DNA of 64,000 nucleotides, taken from positions 576,001 through 640,000 of the forward strand of contig CAVVJT010000007.1 of NCBI GenBank assembly GCA_963748625.1, given 5' to 3'. The notes beneath the pieces are model-generated. The model ran no database searches. It saw only the letters and a list, made by a program, of their open reading frames with translations, and was not told the origin of the DNA. The translations under genes and the position numbers were made by a program. The DNA comes from an uncultured Chloroflexia bacterium (GTDB lineage: Bacteria > Chloroflexota > Limnocylindria > Limnocylindrales > CSP1-4). Shown piece after piece: positions 20,204 through 33,170 of the stretch (its first letter is position 1; each line of letters starts with the position of its first letter).

Positions 20204-21370
20204 GCCCGGATCTCCTCGCCCGCAAGCAGGCGACGACCAAGACGGAGGACGTCGCGCAGCTCAGCGGCCTCTGCCTGGGCATCGGGATCATCGGTGGCCT
20301 CGAGGTCGGCGATCCCGCCCTCGACGCTGCGGATGAATGCCCCGGCGACGGTGTCGGCAGGGGGCAGCTCACCCGATGGTGAGCGCGGACTGTGAGCCGT
20401 CGTGGATGCGGACCAGCAGGTAGTCGCCTTCGCAGGGCGTCCTCGACCTCCAGCGGGTCGAGGGCGAGACTGTCGACCCAGGATGCCGGTGAGGCGCACG
20501 TCGAGGACCTGGTCCGGGCTGGCAGTCACGCGCATCTGCTCGACGAGCGCCGCCTGGGACTCGACCGTGCCCACGTCAATGTCCTGCATTGCGTGCGTCG
20601 TGCGGCCGGTGGTGTGCGCCTCGACGCTCACGGCCTTCGCCCCAGCACGCAGTCTCCATCGTCACGATGAGCACGCCGACCGGGCTCCGGCTGGTCGACC
20701 ACGACCTGCTCGGGCGATCCCGGCACGCCCCATGCCACGGGCCCGGCCTTGCCGGTTGCCCCGGTATGGACGTGACCCAGCGCGAGGTAGTCCAGCCCGG
20801 TGGCGGCGATCGCAGCGGCCGTGAGCTGACCCCCGGCCTCCTCGGGTGCAGCATGGACAAGCCCGACCCGCCAGGTGGCCGCCGGGGCCGACGAGGCAGC
20901 GGCCGCGAGATCGGCCAGGGACGGCGCCGCGGCGCCGTGCGCCCGGATGCGGGGTGCCGGCCACGACAAGGTCGAGCGACGGACAGGTGGGCTGCCGGAG
21001 CTGCGGTCGAGAGCACGGTCACCAGGTCATCCCCCTCGCGGGCGCCGGCCAGGCGGCGAGGTCATAGGCGCGGTACACGGAGGCGCGATCGTCGGGATCG
21101 TGCTCACCCGGCAGGATGACGGTCCGGATGCGGGCACGCACAAGCCGGCCGATCTCTCCGGCGACGCGCTCCACGGTGCGGCGGCGCCGCGACGCCCGAG
21201 TCGAACAGGTCACCGGCGACCAGGACCACTTCGACCTTCTCCGCAATGGCGAGGTCCACGGCGGTCGCCAGAGCGGCGAACTGGCGCTCGCGCTGGGCTG
21301 CGGCGGCATCGCCGAGATCGGGATGGCGGGCCCCGAGATGGACATCGGCCAGGTGCAGCAGCCGGAGCAT
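20200..21370 (-). CDS. Mre11/SbcD-like metallophosphoesterase exonuclease, multiply frameshifted
   Basis: HLADVHLG, AGDLFD, PGEHD, DYLALGHVH and PGSPE motifs in successive frames. Confidence 0.8.
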
Positions 21371-21603
21371 CTGGTGCGCAGCCTCCTATTCAAGACACCC
21401 GGGCCACCATCGGCGGGCGCCCGGACCCAGGTCTCGGCCGAACGACAACCAGGCCCCACGAGCGGCCGCACGTCGTTGGCCCGCCATGCGTCCGTGGGGA
21501 GACGCCGGTTCGGGCCGGGTACGCCGGTCACCCGCAGGACCCGGTGGCGATCCGGGCGCCCCCATCGCTCCCGTCTCACCGGCCCGAGCCTCGGTGGCCA
21601 TTG

Positions 21604-21620
21604 TGACAGGTTGCCTGTCA
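21604..21620. promoter_or_regulatory. perfect dyad TGACAGG-TTG-CCTGTCA (candidate operator)
   Basis: 7-3-7 inverted repeat between divergent genes. Confidence 0.35.
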
Positions 21621-21903
21621 ATCCCGACGTCTGACCCACCTCGATGTCGGCGTGGTCGGGCACTCGCCATCGCACCACCTGCGATGCCGGCGCACCACGT
21701 TGCAACGAACGTGTAATGCGGAGGATGCCGAGCCCGGCGTTAGGCTCAGACGCACTGAGCCGCGTGCTCGAGCCGGGGACCGGATCCCGGGAAGGCACGG
21801 TGGACGGGTCTCCGCAGCTCCTCCTGCCGCTGTCGCCCGTCCCTCGCGTGGGACGCGGCCCCAAGTACCAGCTGGACACCGCGCCAGGAGGAACCGAGGC
21901 TTC

Positions 21904-22239
21904 GTGACCTACGTCGACCACTCCCTGACCTGCGTCGACTGCGGGGTGGAGTTCATCCACTCCGGGGCCGACCAGGAGTACTACGCCCAGAAGGGCTTCA
22001 CCACCGAGCCCAAGCGCTGCGCCTCATGCCGGGCCTACCGCCGGACCACGCGCGACAGCGGGTCCGATGCGCGGACCATCGGCGGGCCGCGCGGCTACGA
22101 GCGCTCCGAGGGCGGGGCTCGCGAGTACTTCGTGGCGGTCTGCTCCTCGTGTGGCAACCAGGCGCAGGTGCCGTTCAAGCCGCGCACGGACAAGCCCGTC
22201 TACTGTTCGGACTGCTTCCGCCAGATCAAGCCTGACTGA
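21904..22239 (+). CDS. zinc-ribbon / CxxC-x17-CxxC domain protein
   Basis: LTCVDCG...KGFTTEPKRCASCR and CSSCG...PVYCSDCF; AGGAGG RBS. Confidence 0.88.
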   Translation: MTYVDHSLTCVDCGVEFIHSGADQEYYAQKGFTTEPKRCASCRAYRRTTRDSGSDARTIGGPRGYERSEGGAREYFVAVCSSCGNQAQVPFKPRTDKPVYCSDCFRQIKPD

Positions 22240-22358
22240 CCGGCGACCATCCACCGCTTCCCCTTGTCGGTGCCCTCGGATCCCCCCTCCCGGGGGCACC
22301 GTCATGTCCCGGACGTACCAGGCCCGGGGCCGGCGCCGGGCGGTGCCTGCCAGGCTCC

Positions 22359-23081
22359 TCAGATGCGGAAGGCGTCCCCGGAGCGGTAGCGCTCGCGATG
22401 GCGGCCGTGCCAGAGGGTCACCCGGCCCGCGCCGTGGACCTGCCAGGTGCCGTTGCGGCCGATGATCGCCGTGTCCTCGTCGATCCCCAGGACGGCCAGG
22501 CGCCGCGGCGCCTGCAGCACCACGAGCGCCGAGAAGGTCTCCGGGAAGGCGTCGTAGTGCGGGATCACGGTCACGCCGGGGACGAGATCCAGCCCGTCCA
22601 CCCAGCGCAGCGGCCACAGCACCGGCAGCGGCAGCCTCCCAACGCGCCGCGGCGCCATCGTCCGCGTGGCCATGGCCATCGCCCCCGCGGAGCAGCCCGC
22701 GATCACCGCCCCGCGCGCGCCCGCCTCCACGAGCGCCGACCCGAGGGGCGACTCGAGCAGCACGACGGCGAGATGGGCCGGATGCCCGCCCGACATGTAG
22801 ACGAGGTCGGCCTCACCGATGGCCTGGAGGGCAGCGGGATCGGCACCATCCTCCACCGTGCGGACGAGCACCGGCTCCACCTCGGCACCCAGCGCGGTGA
22901 AGTGCGCGACCCCCATGTCGGCCCAGCCGTCGAAGGTGTCGTCGCCATCGGGGGCGGACGCGGTCGGCAGGATCACCACCCTCGGGCGGGGACGGCCGGT
23001 GGCAGCCAGGAGGGCGCGGTCGACCGCCACCATCTGGGGCAGGAACTCACCGGCGCCGACGAGCGCCACGGGCGCGACCAT
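22359..23081 (-). CDS. peptidase S51 / cyanophycinase-like protein
   Basis: LPTAS, SGG, GCSAGA, IPHYD and GIDEDTA motifs. Confidence 0.85.
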   Translation of the reverse strand: MVAPVALVGAGEFLPQMVAVDRALLAATGRPRPRVVILPTASAPDGDDTFDGWADMGVAHFTALGAEVEPVLVRTVEDGADPAALQAIGEADLVYMSGGHPAHLAVVLLESPLGSALVEAGARGAVIAGCSAGAMAMATRTMAPRRVGRLPLPVLWPLRWVDGLDLVPGVTVIPHYDAFPETFSALVVLQAPRRLAVLGIDEDTAIIGRNGTWQVHGAGRVTLWHGRHRERYRSGDAFRI

Positions 23082-23125
23082 CGGCGGCAGTCTAGTGCAG
23101 GTGCGCGTGGGAGGCGTCCCGGGGG

Positions 23126-23674
23126 TCAGCCGCGGACGCGGAAGGCCGGGCCGTGCCCCGGGATGACGATGTCGGCGGCCCCGAGGACCCGCGCACGACC
23201 CCGCACGATGGCGGCCTGGTCCACACCGAGCGGGTCCACCTCGGGCGTGCGGTCCTCGCGCCACCAGAGGTGCGTCATCGCATAGACGGCGTCGTCGGCC
23301 TCCACCACCAGGGTCGCGTCCTCCTCGGTGTGGCCGGGCGTCACCCAGAGCTGGGCCGTCGGGGAGAGGTGGTAGCCGTCGCCGTCGTGGTCGAGCCAGA
23401 GGTCGTCCTTGTAGCGGGCCCAGAAGTCGACCACCTCGGCGTTGGGGAACAGCGCGATGTTCACCGTGTGATCGGGGTGGTGGTGACTCAGGAAGACGTG
23501 GGTCACGGCCTCTGGGGCCACGCCAAGGTCCTTGAGCGGGTCCAGGATCAGTGAGCGCCGGGCGACCATCCCGGGGTCGACCACGATCAGGGCATCCGCG
23601 TCGCGGACGAGGACGATGGAGGAGCCCACGCGATCGTGGGCATAGCCGGCGTGGAGCAGGTGGACGGACGTCAT
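23126..23674 (-). CDS. metallo-beta-lactamase-fold hydrolase
   Basis: SHHHPDH, TPGHT and IPGHG motifs. Confidence 0.85.
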   Translation of the reverse strand: MTSVHLLHAGYAHDRVGSSIVLVRDADALIVVDPGMVARRSLILDPLKDLGVAPEAVTHVFLSHHHPDHTVNIALFPNAEVVDFWARYKDDLWLDHDGDGYHLSPTAQLWVTPGHTEEDATLVVEADDAVYAMTHLWWREDRTPEVDPLGVDQAAIVRGRARVLGAADIVIPGHGPAFRVRG

Positions 23675-23760
23675 GGGCGCAGGGTAACCGGACGGGCAAG
23701 GTCGGGCCGCTCCGCGGGACGGTCGCGACACGGCAACCGCGACGCGTCAGACTCCGCGCC

Positions 23761-25407
23761 ATGTCGAATGATGCGCACGCCGACCTCGTCCTGACCGGGG
23801 GACGGATCTTCACCGCAGATGCCGCACGGACGTGGGCCGAGGCGATGGCCGTCCGGGACGGGCGCATCGTGGCGCTCGGCGGTGACAACGCCGTCAAGCT
23901 GCTCGTGGGCCCACGTACCCGCGTCATCGCCCTACGGGGCCGCACCGTCACGCCGGGCTTCGGCGACAGCCACGTCCACCCGCCGATGGGCGGCCTCGCC
24001 CGGATCCAGTGCGAGCTCCACGATGCGCGCGGTCTCGACGAATACCTGGGGATCGTCAAGGCCTACGCCGATGCCAACCCCGACGCCGGGTGGATCCTGG
24101 GCGGCGGCTGGAACCTGGCGGACTTCCCCGGCGGCATCGCCCGTCGCGAGGACCTCGACCGCGTCGTCCCGGACCGCCCCGTCTACCTGCCCAACCGCGA
24201 CGGCCACGACGCCTGGGTCAACACCCGGGCCCTCGAGCTTGCGCGGATCGACAGGGACACCCCCGACCCGGTGTCCGGCCGGATCGCCCGGGACGAGGGC
24301 GGCACCCCGTCGGGCACCCTTCACGAGGGTGCGATGACGCTGGTCGAGGCGCTGGTCCCGGCCCCGGACGCCGCGCTCATCCGGCGGGCGATCCTGGAGA
24401 GCCAGCGCTGGCTCCACGGCCTGGGCATCACCAACTGGCAGGATGCCTGGGTCACCCCTGACATGGAGGGCGTCTACATCGACCTCGCGGCAGCCGGCGA
24501 GCTCACCGCGCGGGTCGTCGGGGGCATGTGGTGGGAGCGCGACCAGGGCCTCGACCAGATCGAGGGATTCGTCGAGCGGCGCGCCAAGGGCGTGGTCGGC
24601 CGGTTCGCGGCCACCTCGGTCAAGCTCATGTGCGACGGCATCGTCGAGAACCAGACGGCGTCGATGACGGAGCCGTACTTCGACGTCCACGGGCACCAGA
24701 CCGCCAACCGGGGCATGGACTTCATCGGCCCCGAGGTGCTCAAGGAGGCGGTGACCAGGATCGACGCGCTCGGGCTCCAGCCGCACTTCCACGCCCTGGG
24801 CGACCGGGCCGTCCGCCAGGCGCTCGACGCCGTCGAGGCCGCGCGGCGCGCCAACGGCTGGTCCGACACCCGCCCGCACCTCGCCCACCTCCAGGTCGTC
24901 CACCCCGACGACATGCCGCGCTTCCGGCAGCTCGGCGCGATGGCCAACGCGCAGCCGCTGTGGGCGGTGCTCGAGGACCAGATGGAGGAGCTCACCCTGC
25001 CGGTCCTGGGGCCGGTGGTGTCAGCCCGCCAGTACCCGTTCCGATCGCTGCGTCGCCACGGCGCGACGCTGGTGATGGGCTCGGACTGGAGCGTGTCCAC
25101 GCCCGATCCGTTCCTCCAGATGGAGGTCGCCGTCACCCGGGTCAGCCCCGACAACCGCACGGCCGAGCCGTTCCTGCCCGAGGAGCGCCTCGAGCTGGTG
25201 GACATCCTCACGGCCGCGACGGCCGGCTCCGCGTACGTGAACCATCTCGATGAGGCAGGCTGGCTGGAGGTGGGCCGCCTGGCCGACTTCGCGGTGCTGG
25301 ACCGCGACCTGTTCGACGCAGGGTCGGGCCCCATCGGCGAGACGCACGTCACGGGCACCTTCATCGAGGGGGTAGCCGTGCACGAGATGGCCGACCTGGG
25401 CGGGTAG
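23761..25407 (+). CDS. amidohydrolase 3 (YtcJ-like)
   Basis: PGFGDSHVH, DGHDAWVN, KLMCDG, HALGDRA and GSDW motifs. Confidence 0.88.
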   Translation: MSNDAHADLVLTGGRIFTADAARTWAEAMAVRDGRIVALGGDNAVKLLVGPRTRVIALRGRTVTPGFGDSHVHPPMGGLARIQCELHDARGLDEYLGIVKAYADANPDAGWILGGGWNLADFPGGIARREDLDRVVPDRPVYLPNRDGHDAWVNTRALELARIDRDTPDPVSGRIARDEGGTPSGTLHEGAMTLVEALVPAPDAALIRRAILESQRWLHGLGITNWQDAWVTPDMEGVYIDLAAAGELTARVVGGMWWERDQGLDQIEGFVERRAKGVVGRFAATSVKLMCDGIVENQTASMTEPYFDVHGHQTANRGMDFIGPEVLKEAVTRIDALGLQPHFHALGDRAVRQALDAVEAARRANGWSDTRPHLAHLQVVHPDDMPRFRQLGAMANAQPLWAVLEDQMEELTLPVLGPVVSARQYPFRSLRRHGATLVMGSDWSVSTPDPFLQMEVAVTRVSPDNRTAEPFLPEERLELVDILTAATAGSAYVNHLDEAGWLEVGRLADFAVLDRDLFDAGSGPIGETHVTGTFIEGVAVHEMADLGG

Positions 25408-25455
25408 CCAGGCGGGTAGCCAGCCGGGGGTCCTCACAACCTCACCCGACGCGGC

Positions 25456-25566
25456 GCCCCACGTGTGGGGCGAATCCGGACCCCGCACGCACGCGCCGGG
25501 CACGAAACCCTCACGTTCGCGCCCGGACCACGCTCACGACCCGCCGAAATGCCCCCCAGGTGGGGC
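25456..25566 (+). repeat. family-B 111-bp element, copy 1
   Basis: GCCCCAC-GT-GTGGGGC + 79-bp core (CCCGGACCACGCTCA) + GCCCCCC-AG-GTGGGGC. Confidence 0.9.
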
Positions 25567-25596
25567 AGAGTGCGCGCCCGTCACACGGCGCCGGGC

Positions 25597-27150
25597 TCAG
25601 CCGCCGCAGCAGGGCTGCTCGAAGAGGAATCGCTCCTCCCAGGTGGCGCCGTCGGGCGTGTACAGGAGTCGCCACAGGAAGTCGTCATCGTTGTCCCTGG
25701 CGACGACGAAACCGCCCGCGGGCCCAAGTACATCCGCTGCCAGCACCGCCGTGGAACGTGCAACGGGCGATGTCCAAGTGCGCCCACCATCGGCGGTCTC
25801 CAGCCACGGCCGCCCACGACTCCACAGCCAGCCGGTGCCGTCGGGCCGCAGGTCGAGGGCCGCATCCAGGCCAACCAGCGGTCCTGGCAGGGTGCTCCAG
25901 GTCACACCGCCGTCGTCCGACCTGAGCACGAGTGATGGCACCTCCACCTCGCCCTCCACGCTGACGCAGAGCATCACGATGGTGTCGCCGTTCGGGCGGG
26001 TCACCGACCGAGGGACGAAGGCGTCGTCCGGGCACCGCGCCCCATTCGTCGTCCACGCGTCGCCGCCGTCATCGGTCAGGCGGAGCTCAGGCGGCCTGTT
26101 GACCGAGCGCTTGAACAGGCCGGCGCCTGTCCGGTCATCCGCGAAGGAGAGGCTCACCGGCCAGTCCTTCCCGATCTGGGTCCACATGCCCTCGTCGTAG
26201 ACGAGGAGCCCGGGCGTGCACCCCTCGAGGCCCTCCGGGCAGGAGCGGCCGGCGTAGACGTGGCCTGGGGTCCCGGACACCACGCCCAGCGCGGACACCT
26301 CACCCAGGCCCAGGCCGGTGACCCTCCAGGTCGCGCCGCCGTCGCTGGTCATGAGCACGACCGCGTCGTCCGTCGGCGCGCGTCCGCCGACGAACCCCTC
26401 CAGCGGCCCGAACCACGCCATCGGCCCCGGGCGCACATCCGTCGGCAGGATGCGCGTGCTCGTGATGGCACCCGTGAAGTCCGATGGATCCACGGGACGA
26501 TCGAACCGGACGTCCACCGCCCACCCGACGCCCATTGCATCACACGACGGGCGGGGCGCCAGCTCGAGCGTGAAGGTCCGGCCGTCGGGCTCCAAGGTCA
26601 GCCACCCTCGCTTATCACAGGCGAACGTGACCCAGGCCAGGCGGAGGGTCCGCTCGTCAGAGCCCTGTGCGATGGCGATAGCGCTGGCGCCATCCGGCAC
26701 CTCGCCGTTTGCTGGAGCCTCGACGACATCCACGATGCCGCCCGCCTCATCGAAGGCGAACAGCTCGAACGACCCGGTCTCCACGTCGGCACCGAGGCGG
26801 AGCTGCCAGTTCCCGTAGATCTCCGGGGCCTCGCCCTCAGGTGTCTGCGACGGCGCAGGCGATGTGGTCGCGACGGCCGAGGGCGATGGCGATGCCGGGG
26901 TGGGCTCAGCCGACGCGGCCGGTGTATCCGTGGGGGCCGGGTTGGACCCTGCGATCCAGGCAGCGGACACGACGAGGAGGATGGCCCCCGCCGCAGCCAG
27001 GGCGCCCGCCGCAGGCCACCAGTGGGACCGTCGCCCGGGCCGCTCGGTCTGAAGCCGGCTGACCACGTCCGCGGCCAGTCCCGGCGGCACCGGCGCTGAG
27101 CCGAGATCGTCCAGGAAGACGTCGACCGGGTCCTGCTGCTGCCCGCTCAC
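25597..27150 (-). CDS. putative anti-sigma factor with TM helix and extracellular BNR/Asp-box domain
   Basis: Short cytoplasmic N-terminus, TM helix, repeated SDGGxTW Asp-boxes; overlaps the ECF sigma gene. Confidence 0.65.
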   Translation of the reverse strand: MSGQQQDPVDVFLDDLGSAPVPPGLAADVVSRLQTERPGRRSHWWPAAGALAAAGAILLVVSAAWIAGSNPAPTDTPAASAEPTPASPSPSAVATTSPAPSQTPEGEAPEIYGNWQLRLGADVETGSFELFAFDEAGGIVDVVEAPANGEVPDGASAIAIAQGSDERTLRLAWVTFACDKRGWLTLEPDGRTFTLELAPRPSCDAMGVGWAVDVRFDRPVDPSDFTGAITSTRILPTDVRPGPMAWFGPLEGFVGGRAPTDDAVVLMTSDGGATWRVTGLGLGEVSALGVVSGTPGHVYAGRSCPEGLEGCTPGLLVYDEGMWTQIGKDWPVSLSFADDRTGAGLFKRSVNRPPELRLTDDGGDAWTTNGARCPDDAFVPRSVTRPNGDTIVMLCVSVEGEVEVPSLVLRSDDGGVTWSTLPGPLVGLDAALDLRPDGTGWLWSRGRPWLETADGGRTWTSPVARSTAVLAADVLGPAGGFVVARDNDDDFLWRLLYTPDGATWEERFLFEQPCCGG

Positions 27151-27671
27151 GGCCGGTGCCTCCCCACGTCGCGCCGCAGCGTTTCGAGTGCGGCGTTCAA
27201 CCGGGACTTCGCGGTGCCATCGGCGATGCCCAGCGCGTCCGCCACCTCATGGATCGAGAGGCCCGCCGCGTAGTGGAGGGAGATGACCGCCCGATGGTCG
27301 TCGGCGAGCGCGCGGAAGGCCGACCCCACCAGCACCCTGGCCTCGACGGCGCCGAAATGGTCGGCGGGTTCGCGAAGGCCGTCGGCAACGGCCGGCTCCA
27401 TGGCGATCTCGCGCACGCGACCCCGCGCCCGTCCCGCGGACCGCGCCCGGTTGAGCGCGATCCGGTGCAGCCACGGTCCGAACCGGGCCGGCTCGCGGAG
27501 GCCGGGAAGCGCCTTCCAGGCGGAAGCGAAGACCTCCTGGGTGACGTCCTCCGCCGAGGCGTCGCCGACATAGGCACGGGCCAGCCGGTACACGGATGCC
27601 GTCTGCGCCGTGACCAGCTGTCCGAACGCGTCCATGTCGCCCTTCTGCGCCCGCCGAACGAGGTCGTCCAT
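27147..27671 (-). CDS. ECF RNA polymerase sigma factor
   Basis: LVRRAQKGD, AEDVTQEVF, WLHRIALN and GTAKSRL (region 2/4) motifs. Confidence 0.9.
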   Translation of the reverse strand: MDDLVRRAQKGDMDAFGQLVTAQTASVYRLARAYVGDASAEDVTQEVFASAWKALPGLREPARFGPWLHRIALNRARSAGRARGRVREIAMEPAVADGLREPADHFGAVEARVLVGSAFRALADDHRAVISLHYAAGLSIHEVADALGIADGTAKSRLNAALETLRRDVGRHRP

Positions 27672-27752
27672 CACCCCTCCACTGTTGCAGACGCCGTGGA
27701 AGGCCGAAGTGTTCGGAGACGTTCGCGGCGCTCCCGTCGTTCCCGACGCTAC

Positions 27753-27863
27753 GGCCCACGTGGGGGGCGAATCCGCGCGACTCACGCACGGACTGGGGGC
27801 GAAACCCCGACTTCCGTGCGCGGTCCACGCTCAACAGTCGCCGCAACGGCCCACACGTGGGGC
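27753..27863 (+). repeat. family-B 111-bp element, copy 2
   Basis: Same dyads and core (ACGCACGG...AAACCCCGACTT...CCACGCTCA). Confidence 0.9.
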
Positions 27864-27901
27864 AAGACGCTGGTGGCCGGCCGGCGTGGGCGAGGGCGCG
27901 G

Positions 27902-28506
27902 TCAGACGAGATCGGCGGGGGTGTCGATGTCACGCAGGGTGGCGGCGCCCGGATCGAGCGCGCGCCAGACGGGCTCGGGCACGGCGGCGGACGGGGCCGC
28001 GGCAAGCATGGCGCGCAGGCTGCGCTTCCCAAGGCCGCCGAGGATCGCGGTGCAGGCGGCGAGGACGGGTCCGACCCGCACGGCCATCGGCAGGATCGAG
28101 GGGGGATCGGCGTCGAGCGTCGCCGTGGCGAGCGCGGGGTCGGCGTCGAGCGTGGCCGCCAGCAACCCCAGGACGCCCGGCACCAGTGACGGCATATCCC
28201 CTCCGATGACGAGGGCGATCTCCGCATCGGGAGCGGCAGAGCGGAGCGCGGCCAGGCCGGCGGCAAGCCCGACGAGCGGGCCACCGAACGGCTCCGGGTC
28301 CCGGGCGATGACGAGCGGCCGCGCGCCGTCACCGGCCCAGTCCGGCACCGGGGCATCGGGTGCCAGCACGAGCACCACCGGCGAGGCGGTCGCCGCGACG
28401 GCTGCGACCGTGTGCGCGAGGACCGGACGGCCGCCAAGGTCCGCCGCAAGCTTGTCGGACCCGAAGCGGGACGACGACCCGCCGGCGAGGACGATCCCCG
28501 CGGGCC

Positions 28507-28510
<4 letters not shown>
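27902..28510 (-). CDS. mobA: molybdenum cofactor guanylyltransferase
   Basis: LAGGSSSRFGSDK, GPLVGL, GDMP and DIDTPADL motifs. Confidence 0.88.
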
Positions 28511-30402
<1,892 letters not shown>

Positions 30403-30424
30403 GCGCTCACCGATGCTGACATGC

Positions 30425-31816
30425 TCACCCGCGCCGTGCGACCTCTGCCAGGCGGCGCACGAGCACCGCGTCATCGATCCGTGCCACCGTCCGAAGGTCC
30501 ACCACCAGCTCGCCGTCCTCCACCCGAGCGAGCACCCGATCCGGGCTCTTGCGCAAGCGCGCGGCCGCCGTCGTCGCGTTCGCCACCGTCACCGCCACCC
30601 CGGCCGAGCGCAGTACCTGGCCCGGCAGCGAGCCGCCGCCGACGGGCGAGGCCAGGTCCACCACGCGCACCGCGCCGTCTGCGTCCGGCCGGGCCATCAC
30701 GACCGCGGCAACGATCGCCACCGCCCGCTCCCGCAGCTCGTCGGGAGTCCGCGCGATCGTCCGCCAGACCGGGATGTCCCGCACGGCGCGCCCGGCGCGA
30801 TACAGCCCGAGCGTCGCTGCGACCCCGGCGAGGATCGCCTTGTCGGGGCGGACCGCCCGCGCCAGCGGGTCACGCCGCATCCGCGTCACGAGGTCCCGCC
30901 GGCCCACGATCAGCCCAGCCTGAGGCCCGCCGACCAGCTTGTCGCCGCTGAACAGCACGATGTCGGCGCCCGCCGCCAGGCGCTCGGACGGCGTCGGCTC
31001 GTGGGCCAGGCCGAAGGCGGCCGTGTCGAGCAGTGCACCTGACCCCAGGTCGTCAATCACGAGGGCCCCGTGCGCCCGGGCCACCTCCGCAACGGAGGCG
31101 AGGTCCGCGCTCTCGGTGAACCCGGTCATCGCGAAGTTGGACGGGTGAACCCGCAGCACGGCGGCCGCCCGCCCGTCGGCCAGCGCCGCCTCGAAGTCCG
31201 CCGGGCGCGTCCGATTCGTCGTGCCCACCTCCACCAGGCGCGCACCCGCCCGGGCGACCATGTCGGGGATCCGCACGCCGCCGCCGATCTCCACCAGCTC
31301 GCCGCGTGAGACGGCGATCCCGGCACGGCGCCCGACCAGCCCGCAGGCCAGCAGCAGGGCGGCCGCGTTGTTCGTCACCACCAGGGCATCCTCGGCGCCG
31401 GTGAGGGCGACCAGGTGCTCCTCCGCGGCGCGGAAGCGGGCGCCGCGCCTGCCGGAGACCTCGTCCAGCTCCAGGTAGCCGTACTCGGCTGCGGCCCCCA
31501 ACGCAGCCAGGCGGGCCGCCCGCGGCCATGGGGCACGGCCGAGGTTGGTGTGCAGGACCACGCCCGTCGCGTTCACGACGTGCGGCGGCAGCGAGCCTGC
31601 GGGATCTGCGAACCCGTCAAGCCGCGCAACCACCGCGTCCGCGAGCTCATCGGCCACAAGCGCCGGCATCCCGGCGGCCAGGCGCTCGCGCTCCGCATCC
31701 ACCACGGCCCGGGCCGCCGCCGTGAGGGCGCCGGGCTCCGAGGCCTCGACCTCGCGCCGGACGAGCGCCAAGACGGCCTCGACGCTGGGTGGGTGGGGGC
31801 GGGCCTGCTGGTTCAT
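30425..31816 (-). CDS. selA: L-seryl-tRNA(Sec) selenium transferase
   Basis: [37 protein letters not shown] and [13 protein letters not shown] motifs. Confidence 0.95.
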   Translation of the reverse strand: MNQQARPHPPSVEAVLALVRREVEASEPGALTAAARAVVDAERERLAAGMPALVADELADAVVARLDGFADPAGSLPPHVVNATGVVLHTNLGRAPWPRAARLAALGAAAEYGYLELDEVSGRRGARFRAAEEHLVALTGAEDALVVTNNAAALLLACGLVGRRAGIAVSRGELVEIGGGVRIPDMVARAGARLVEVGTTNRTRPADFEAALADGRAAAVLRVHPSNFAMTGFTESADLASVAEVARAHGALVIDDLGSGALLDTAAFGLAHEPTPSERLAAGADIVLFSGDKLVGGPQAGLIVGRRDLVTRMRRDPLARAVRPDKAILAGVAATLGLYRAGRAVRDIPVWRTIARTPDELRERAVAIVAAVVMARPDADGAVRVVDLASPVGGGSLPGQVLRSAGVAVTVANATTAAARLRKSPDRVLARVEDGELVVDLRTVARIDDAVLVRRLAEVARRG

Positions 31817-32033
31817 GCCCGCAGCGTACAGGCGGGCCGACGCGGATGGCACGCCTGCCGGGACGACCCCTTGCCGCGGGCGCTCATGGCGGGGAGGCTC
31901 TTGGCACCCCTTTCGAGGGGCATTCCGGCACGTCGTCCCTCGCGCCCGTCCTGCCAATGTGGCGGGCACATCTGGCGGTTCCAAACGTCCGCGGCTCCAC
32001 CGACGGGCGCCACGTGGGGAAGGTCAGCCGTTG

Positions 32034-33170
32034 GTGACACCGGTCCGCGAAACGACCGCCGGCGCGGCGCGGGAGGCGGCGGACGTCCGCCTGGAGGACC
32101 TCCGCAAGCGCTTCGGCGATGTCGATGCTGTCGATGGGGTCTCGCTGGAGATCCACGCCGGCGAGTTCTTCTCGCTGCTGGGACCATCGGGCTGCGGCAA
32201 GACCACCACCCTGCGGATGATCGGCGGGTTCGAGCTCCCGACATCCGGACGGATCCTGCTGCGCGGCAAGGACATCACCAGTGCCCCGCCCGAGAAGCGG
32301 CCGGTCAACATGGTGTTCCAGAGCTACGCGCTGTTTCCGCACCTGTCGGTCTTCGAGAATGTCGCCTTCGGCCTCAAGCGGCGCCGGACCGAGGCCTCCG
32401 AGATCACCCGCCGCGTGGGGGAGGCGCTCGAGCTGGTGCGCCTCGGCGGGTTCGGGACGCGCAAGCCCGACCAGCTCTCGGGCGGCCAGCAGCAGCGCGT
32501 CGCGCTGGCCCGGGCGCTGGTCTGCGAACCCACCGTGCTCCTGCTGGACGAGCCGCTCGGCGCGCTCGACCTCAAGCTGCGCCGCCAGCTCCAGGTGGAG
32601 CTCAAACGGGTCCAGCTCGAGGTGGGCATCACGTTCATCTACGTGACCCACGACCAGGAGGAGGCCCTCGCCCTCTCCGACCGGATCGCCGTCATGAACC
32701 AGGGGCGCGTGGAGCAGCTGGGCACGCCCGAGGACCTGTACGACAACCCGAGCACCCTGTTCGTCGCGGGCTTCATCGGCTCCACCAACCTGCTGCCGGG
32801 CACGGTGGAGGCCGTCGCCGACGGGATCGCCACCGTGCTGCTCGCAGACGGCTCGCGGTGCCATGCCCGCACCACCGGGCCCGGGCCTGGCGCTGCCGTC
32901 GATGTTGCCGTGCGTCCGGAGGCCATCACGGTCGTCGGCGAACGTGACGGCACACGACCCCTGGTCGAGGCGACGGTCCTCCAGAGCGCCTACCTCGGCA
33001 CGTCCGTGAGCCACCAGGTGCGCACCACCCCCGGATCCCTGATCACCGTCCTCACACCCCGCACCGGCGAGCGGCCGGCCATCGGCGACACGGTCCACCT
33101 TGCGTGGCGCCCCGCTGATGCCCTGGCCATCGCCCGGTCCACCGGCCCCGACCAGGAGGAGTCGAAGTGA
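32034..33170 (+). CDS. potA: polyamine-type ABC ATP-binding protein
   Basis: [27 protein letters not shown] motifs; TOBE-type C-terminus. Confidence 0.85.
   Translation: MTPVRETTAGAAREAADVRLEDLRKRFGDVDAVDGVSLEIHAGEFFSLLGPSGCGKTTTLRMIGGFELPTSGRILLRGKDITSAPPEKRPVNMVFQSYALFPHLSVFENVAFGLKRRRTEASEITRRVGEALELVRLGGFGTRKPDQLSGGQQQRVALARALVCEPTVLLLDEPLGALDLKLRRQLQVELKRVQLEVGITFIYVTHDQEEALALSDRIAVMNQGRVEQLGTPEDLYDNPSTLFVAGFIGSTNLLPGTVEAVADGIATVLLADGSRCHARTTGPGPGAAVDVAVRPEAITVVGERDGTRPLVEATVLQSAYLGTSVSHQVRTTPGSLITVLTPRTGERPAIGDTVHLAWRPADALAIARSTGPDQEESK

Noticed and set aside
31901-31916. Sigma54 promoter (TGGCAC)
   Set aside because: The -12 element reads TCGA rather than TTGC.
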